This document shows positions 46,308-51,314 of a stretch of DNA of 51,314 bases, one piece after another. The DNA lies in IMG/VR virus record IMGVR_UViG_3300017828_000080, positions 1-51,314 of that record; one strand, written 5' to 3'. Origin of the DNA: a virus. Taxonomy: Duplodnaviria > Caudoviricetes. Below the pieces are notes generated by a model. The model was not told the origin of the DNA and did not search any database. It saw nothing but the letters and a program-made list of their open reading frames with translations. Each line of letters starts with the position of its first letter. Position 1 is the first letter of the stretch. The position numbers and the translations under genes are program-made.

Positions 46308-47500
46308 GTGGGATTTGGTTTGGAGCTATAGGAGTCGGGTTGGTGACTGATAAAGATACAGATATATCTAAAGAAATTACTGAAAAGAATTTTGTTGATA
46401 AACCAGTCCAAGTTTATGAATTAACTCCTAATTTAGAATCTGGTAATTATTCTGTTATATTTTTAGAAGAGACACATCCTAAGTCTCCCACCACTGGCAA
46501 AGGGACAACTATCGAAGAACAAAGAGATGCTGTTCTTTCTATGCCAGACAGACACGTTACTGAGTTCCCTTTTGATTTCGCTGGTGATAAAGGTCACGTA
46601 CTTGTAAGTAACGCCAATGCTTCTATAACACCTTCTAATATGATTAATGAGGGGGAAATCTCTATAAGGTTTTTTGATGATAACGATTATCGTCCGGCTT
46701 TTCAACTTGAATCTCAATCATATAATGATGTTTTTGATTTAGGAGACACTTCTGTAGTGGCTTTACCTGAAGAAGTTCAAAATGTTTCGGAAAGTGAAGA
46801 TTTCCAGTTACTTTATTCTGCTACTTTTGATAAATTAAATCTTTATAAGTATTCAAGTTCTAAAACTTTGGAATATGACCGCCCTTCAGATTTTACTTCT
46901 GGGGAGAGAAAAGCACGCTGTCTTGTTGAGAGGCCAGATGGAAGTTATATATTTTCTTCTATGCAAGAAATCGCACTTAATGCTTTTACTGGTAATGATT
47001 TAATAAAGAATAAATTTGAAAGTTCTAGTACTAGAGTTAGTTCTGGTGTTGGTGGAGCTTATAGTTATATTGGCGATTTGAATTTCGATGTGACTAATGG
47101 ATATATTAAAAATCCTAGCAACTATGAATTGGAATTAGGTTTTGCAGAAGACCAATCACTGAAAATGAGAAAGGGCTTTTCAACTGCAAGATATACAATC
47201 ACTAATCAATCTTCCTTTAAATTTACTTCAAGTGAAACGCCTCTTTCATTAGTTGATGATAGTAATAGTGCTTATAATGTTGTTTCTGATGGGTTAAATC
47301 GTGAAATAATACTTATCAGAACTTCTACTGATGGTAATTTTAATGTTACTTCTGACGTTTTAGAGGTGACTGGATTAGATTCTTCAAAAGAATATACATT
47401 TTTCTTTGGTGAAGTACCGGATGGTATTATTCCTTATCAGGATTACGCAGAGTATGTTTATAATATCGGAAGACAAAAACGAACTTTAGTTCAAAGATGA
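46304..47500 (+). CDS. Minor tail protein (distal-tail-like N-domain, paralog 1)
   Basis: HP...IEEQR...KGHVLVS...EGEISIRF shared with the next two genes. Confidence 0.6.
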   Translation: MSGIWFGAIGVGLVTDKDTDISKEITEKNFVDKPVQVYELTPNLESGNYSVIFLEETHPKSPTTGKGTTIEEQRDAVLSMPDRHVTEFPFDFAGDKGHVLVSNANASITPSNMINEGEISIRFFDDNDYRPAFQLESQSYNDVFDLGDTSVVALPEEVQNVSESEDFQLLYSATFDKLNLYKYSSSKTLEYDRPSDFTSGERKARCLVERPDGSYIFSSMQEIALNAFTGNDLIKNKFESSSTRVSSGVGGAYSYIGDLNFDVTNGYIKNPSNYELELGFAEDQSLKMRKGFSTARYTITNQSSFKFTSSETPLSLVDDSNSAYNVVSDGLNREIILIRTSTDGNFNVTSDVLEVTGLDSSKEYTFFFGEVPDGIIPYQDYAEYVYNIGRQKRTLVQR

Positions 47501-47940
47501 AGATTGGAGATGTTGAACTGCCCATTGTCTCAGAAATTGAACAAAGGAATCAGGCAGAAGTTGATGAAATAAAAGATTCGTTTAAGAGTATTGATTCGAC
47601 GGCAGTGAAACATTCATCTGATGTAAGTGATTTAGTTATAACGGCTTTTGTTAATTCAGAAGTTCATTCAAAGAACTATAGCTTAAGTAAACAAAAAGAA
47701 GAAATAAAGACTTTGAGAAAAACAACAATTCCAGAAAATAGTCTGAATTATAGAAGTTATAAAGGTCATTTACTGGTTGAAAATATTTCTTTTATTGATT
47801 CTTCTGATAGTAGAATAATTAATACAGTTGAAATAGAAGCACGTTATTTTCCTTGGCCTAAATATTATCCTGATATGGAACCATTATCTTCTGGACAGTA
47901 TGGCTTTGGTATTTATGGAAATGGCACTTATCTTGGGTGA
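47497..47940 (+). CDS. Minor tail protein (paralog 2)
   Basis: KGHLLVE...RYFPWPKY; C-terminal YG repeats. Confidence 0.6.
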   Translation: MKIGDVELPIVSEIEQRNQAEVDEIKDSFKSIDSTAVKHSSDVSDLVITAFVNSEVHSKNYSLSKQKEEIKTLRKTTIPENSLNYRSYKGHLLVENISFIDSSDSRIINTVEIEARYFPWPKYYPDMEPLSSGQYGFGIYGNGTYLG

Positions 47941-48635
47941 TTATTTTGGTTAATCATATTGGGAAAAAACCAATTGGATATATTCAATCTATCCAATTTG
48001 ATTCTGGAGAATCTTTAGAAGAAATTGACCTTATCAATAAGGATGCTAATTTAATCTTTACTGATGTTAATGAAGGTAAAAATATAGAGATTGAATTTAT
48101 TCTTACAGAAAAAAATCACCCAGAAAATCTTATAATTGAAGAACAGAGAAAAGAAATCAAGTCTTTAGTTTCAGAAGATTATTTAAATAATACGTTTAGA
48201 AAGTCCGGTATTGAAGGTCGTATATCTATTTCTTCTGTGGACGTTTCGGAAAATGCAGATTTGGATACAATAAGAGAAGGTTCGATACAAGGTACTTTTT
48301 TACCTTGGCCTAAATATGAAACTGCAAATGAACCTAAATTTTATAAAGTTATTTCGGGAGAAATTTTAGCACAATTAAATTTGGATGGTGACGTTGATTC
48401 CTTTGCTTTCATTAACCCGCAAAAACTTAATTTGAATTTAGATACAGATTTAACTATTTCATTTCATGAATATACTTCTGGAAGTTTGAACTTTAATTTT
48501 GTTACTTATGAAGGTAAAACTGGCTTTGGAAACAATTTTGGAAACAATTTCGTTTATGAAAATGTTAAAATTGACTTATACGCATCAGGTGAGTATGGGG
48601 TCGGAAACTACGGTTCTGGAACTTATAATGAATAA
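47937..48635 (+). CDS. Minor tail protein (paralog 3)
   Basis: HPENLIIEEQR...FLPWPKY; FG/YG repeats. Confidence 0.6.
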   Translation: MIILVNHIGKKPIGYIQSIQFDSGESLEEIDLINKDANLIFTDVNEGKNIEIEFILTEKNHPENLIIEEQRKEIKSLVSEDYLNNTFRKSGIEGRISISSVDVSENADLDTIREGSIQGTFLPWPKYETANEPKFYKVISGEILAQLNLDGDVDSFAFINPQKLNLNLDTDLTISFHEYTSGSLNFNFVTYEGKTGFGNNFGNNFVYENVKIDLYASGEYGVGNYGSGTYNE

Positions 48636-48637
48636 AA

Positions 48638-49222
48638 ATGAGTAAACAAACAACAAATCATAGTTGGACTATTCCTACAGTTGGTGGGGATGAAAACAGT
48701 TGGGGACAAATCCTTAATGATTTCTTTGATAATGAGTTGGATAGACAGGTAACTTTAGAAGATACTTTCGCAAATCGTCCTTCAGCTACTAGTAGTAATG
48801 TGAAGCTTTTCCTTGCTACTGATAGAAATATTGTTTACTATAATGATGGTTCTAGTTGGACAGCAGTTTATGGTGTAGGGACTAGTTCTAATCCTGTACC
48901 AAATACTTCATACTTTAATAAAATTGATACGGATAGTCTAAATGCAGCAACAGAGTTACAGGTGGGTGGCTCGACCGCAATCAGCGGGGTGGTCGCATCA
49001 GGACAGGCCACGCTCTCGTCCGGGTCAGCGACCGTGGACACAGGAGTCTCAGAGTCGACGACAGCGACGTTTATGGTCGCATTCGGCCCCGTCACAGACG
49101 ATGCACAGGTGGCCGCAGACATTCAAGCAGCGAGTGGCGGGAACTATGAGGTCCAAATTGAAGAAACTGACACGTCTGTTGGCAATCCAACTGTTGAGTA
49201 CGACATCCTGCGGGTGAGGTGA
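48638..49222 (+). CDS. Tail fibre-like protein
   Basis: PTVGGDENSWGQILN, ANRP...FLATD...YYNDGSSW; composition changes mid-gene. Confidence 0.65.
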   Translation: MSKQTTNHSWTIPTVGGDENSWGQILNDFFDNELDRQVTLEDTFANRPSATSSNVKLFLATDRNIVYYNDGSSWTAVYGVGTSSNPVPNTSYFNKIDTDSLNAATELQVGGSTAISGVVASGQATLSSGSATVDTGVSESTTATFMVAFGPVTDDAQVAADIQAASGGNYEVQIEETDTSVGNPTVEYDILRVR

Positions 49223-49225
49223 ACA

Positions 49226-50296
49226 ATGAGCTTTTTGACAAACGTGGCTGGCTTGACTGCCACGCAGTCTATTGCATGGGAGACAGCAAGCGATTGGGAT
49301 AATGCCGTCTCAGAGTCTGGGGTTGTGCATGAGAGCGTTTCCAATACCGACCATACTGATGCAGCTATTGCAAAGATGGGGTTTTCGTATGAGAATCCGG
49401 CAAATAGTCCTTCTGCACTCTGGACGTTTGATGAGTCGTCTGGAGATATAATTGACCAAGTTGGTTCTTCGGATTTATCAGTTACAGGCGCGAGCTATGA
49501 TAGCGAAGGCTTGCTTGGAACAACAGCACTCGATACTGATGGCGCAGACGATGAAATGGGTGGAACAGTCATGCCGCTTGCAGACCCAACTGGAGAGTGG
49601 ACTTGGTTATGCTATCTGAATCTTGAGAGTACCAGCAGACAAAATATTTTTCAATTTTTAGACGATGACACGTCTGAATATATTAGTGTCGGTGTCGCTC
49701 AGACTGGAGAATGGAAAATATTTTCCGATGGTCGGACAGGTGGGACTGGGACGACAGTCTCAACGGGCTGGGTACTCGTCGGATTGACGCACGACGGCAG
49801 TGGTGAATTTGAACTGTTTTTAGATGCAACCTCGGATTATACCTCATCTGCTGGTAGTACATCGTGGCTTTCTGGTCTTGATAACACAAATTTTGCAGGG
49901 ACTACCCAACTACAGGGATTCTTCACAGAGGCAAGATTTGACGCCAGTTGGGTATTTCCTACAAAATTATCAGCGAGCGAGCAACAGGATTTTTACGATG
50001 TCGTCAACTCTCCGGGTAGTCTCACAACTGCAACAAAGGAGTTTGGAATATCTCAGCGGCCAAATCTCATTGCAGACGTTAATCTGAACGGAGTTAGCTC
50101 GTTCGATGTTGATGTGATTGGTTCTCCATCAGGGACACCTGAGACTAATACAGTTTCTGTTGACACGGATGGAGAAAACAGCTACTCAGTAACGTGGTCG
50201 AACAGCCACACAGATTTCCGAGTCAAACCAAAACCCGATAATGGAGGAGACGTGACAGTTACACCAGAAATTAACAAATTGGAGTTGACAGCATGA
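49226..50296 (+). CDS. Putative adhesin with LamG/ConA-like domain
   Basis: W.FDE.SG...D, GW.LVGLTHDG...LFLD, LSASE. Confidence 0.72.
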   Translation: MSFLTNVAGLTATQSIAWETASDWDNAVSESGVVHESVSNTDHTDAAIAKMGFSYENPANSPSALWTFDESSGDIIDQVGSSDLSVTGASYDSEGLLGTTALDTDGADDEMGGTVMPLADPTGEWTWLCYLNLESTSRQNIFQFLDDDTSEYISVGVAQTGEWKIFSDGRTGGTGTTVSTGWVLVGLTHDGSGEFELFLDATSDYTSSAGSTSWLSGLDNTNFAGTTQLQGFFTEARFDASWVFPTKLSASEQQDFYDVVNSPGSLTTATKEFGISQRPNLIADVNLNGVSSFDVDVIGSPSGTPETNTVSVDTDGENSYSVTWSNSHTDFRVKPKPDNGGDVTVTPEINKLELTA

Positions 50297-50622
50297 CAGT
50301 TCACGCTATCAAAATCAAAGCAGTCCCGAAAGGCAACGGGAACGGGCAAAAAATACAGTCAGCATTTAATAAATACAAACAACGAAATGGCAGATGGATA
50401 GGTGACACACAAGACCACACTATAGTACAGTCTCCATCTGGAGAGAGATGGACGGGGATGGTCCGGTTTGAGTGGTCTGAGAGCCGCGGCGAGTTGATTG
50501 ATGATATCGTAACAAGACTCCAAGGAAAGACGGAATCGCTCGAAATCTGGTATCACGAGTGCGACCACGACGAAGAAGAACGAACCCCAAATTGTAACTG
50601 GTCGCTTGAATACACCGCCTAA
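50293..50622 (+). CDS. Small protein associated with the adhesin
   Basis: ATGA overlap; C-terminal YHECDHDE...C metal-binding motif. Confidence 0.65.
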   Translation: MTVHAIKIKAVPKGNGNGQKIQSAFNKYKQRNGRWIGDTQDHTIVQSPSGERWTGMVRFEWSESRGELIDDIVTRLQGKTESLEIWYHECDHDEEERTPNCNWSLEYTA

Positions 50623-50767
50623 TTTTAGAGCTTGAAGAGTAATGCTACGGTATGGCAAGTTGTTAGACTATACAACTCCAGCGGGAGGCGTTCAGACAAA
50701 GCAAGCACTTGATAATATGTTACGTCAAGAAAGAAGTGCTGAAGAGTGGGATTAAAAGGTGAAAAAG

Positions 50768-51163
50768 ATGGATTTTACTGCTTATACAAAGGAGCAATTA
50801 GTTAAATGGTTAGTTAGTGGGCAGGATATGCCTGCTTCACATGGCACAGTTTATGTAGGACTCTATACTGGTAATAGTATAGATTTTGATGAAGTTTCGG
50901 CTGCTGATTATTCAAGATTAGCAGTTTCTACTTCATCATGGGATACTGATGTTAATCTTGGTAAATTTGAAAATAATACTTTATTAGATTTTGGGCAAGC
51001 TCAAAATGATTGGGGAACTATAGAATCATTTGCATTGCTCGATGATACTCAAGCAAATAACGGAAATGCTTTGGCATTTTCTAGTGTGGCAAGTCCTGTA
51101 ACAGTTGATACTGGTGATTATGCTGTTTTCCGCAAAGGTAATCTGAAGGGGGAATTTAATTAA
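50768..51163 (+). CDS. Minor tail protein
   Basis: VYVGLYT...EVS..DY.R...F.QA..DWGTI...AL.D....GN.L phage tail domain pattern. Confidence 0.72.
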   Translation: MDFTAYTKEQLVKWLVSGQDMPASHGTVYVGLYTGNSIDFDEVSAADYSRLAVSTSSWDTDVNLGKFENNTLLDFGQAQNDWGTIESFALLDDTQANNGNALAFSSVASPVTVDTGDYAVFRKGNLKGEFN

Positions 51164-51165
51164 AA

Positions 51166-51314
51166 ATGCCAACTAATAGTTCTTATCACGATATAGTGAA
51201 GCCAGCAAAAGGTAAAGATGATTATTCACAAGACTACTATGACTTTGTTGACGATGTAGACAAAAATTTAAAATTGAGTGGGACACTTGCTAATCGTCCA
51301 AATGCAGGGAATGT
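51166..51314 (+). CDS. Second tail fibre-like protein, truncated by the window edge
   Basis: MPTNSSYHDIVKPAKG...DFVDDVDKNLKLSGTLANRP resembles the N-terminus of 48638-49222. Confidence 0.6.
   Translation, partial: MPTNSSYHDIVKPAKGKDDYSQDYYDFVDDVDKNLKLSGTLANRPNAGN

Noticed and set aside
1-51314. Integrated provirus or host chromosome
   Set aside because: No integrase, att site or host housekeeping block; host-like genes share the viral composition and promoter style
48638-51314. Invertible fibre cassette or diversity-generating retroelement
   Set aside because: No recombinase, reverse transcriptase, inverted repeats or TR/VR pair within the window

Overview
This window is part of a large tailed dsDNA virus genome (Caudoviricetes, HK97 capsid, siphovirus-type tail genes) that almost certainly infects haloarchaea. 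The evidence is very acidic proteins, a Tat/LAGC lipoprotein, many CxxC zinc-finger microproteins, BRE+TATA promoters ahead of leaderless genes, tRNAs without encoded CCA, and archaeal-type Hjc/RFC/PCNA/RadA, although the DNA is AT-rich. The left arm (1-32436, minus strand) carries accessory membrane/lipoprotein genes, a complete PrkA-PrkA-YeaH-SpoVR operon followed by a HAD phosphatase, nucleotide-metabolism and DNA-modification genes (tmk, dcd, methyltransferase, a cysteine-less QueE-like protein), a near-complete archaeal replication/recombination set, and tRNA-Arg(UCU) and tRNA-Leu(UAA), each preceded by a promoter-driven candidate structured RNA. The right arm (32613-end, plus strand) carries packaging, head, neck and tail genes. 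These include a multi-domain prohead protease, a -1 frameshifted tail chaperone that is not followed by a tape-measure gene, three paralogous distal-tail-like genes and a GC-richer adhesin cassette. GATC appears to be avoided throughout, while CTAG is densely clustered at radA and the arm divergence point. All calls come from reading motifs by eye; no database searches were run.
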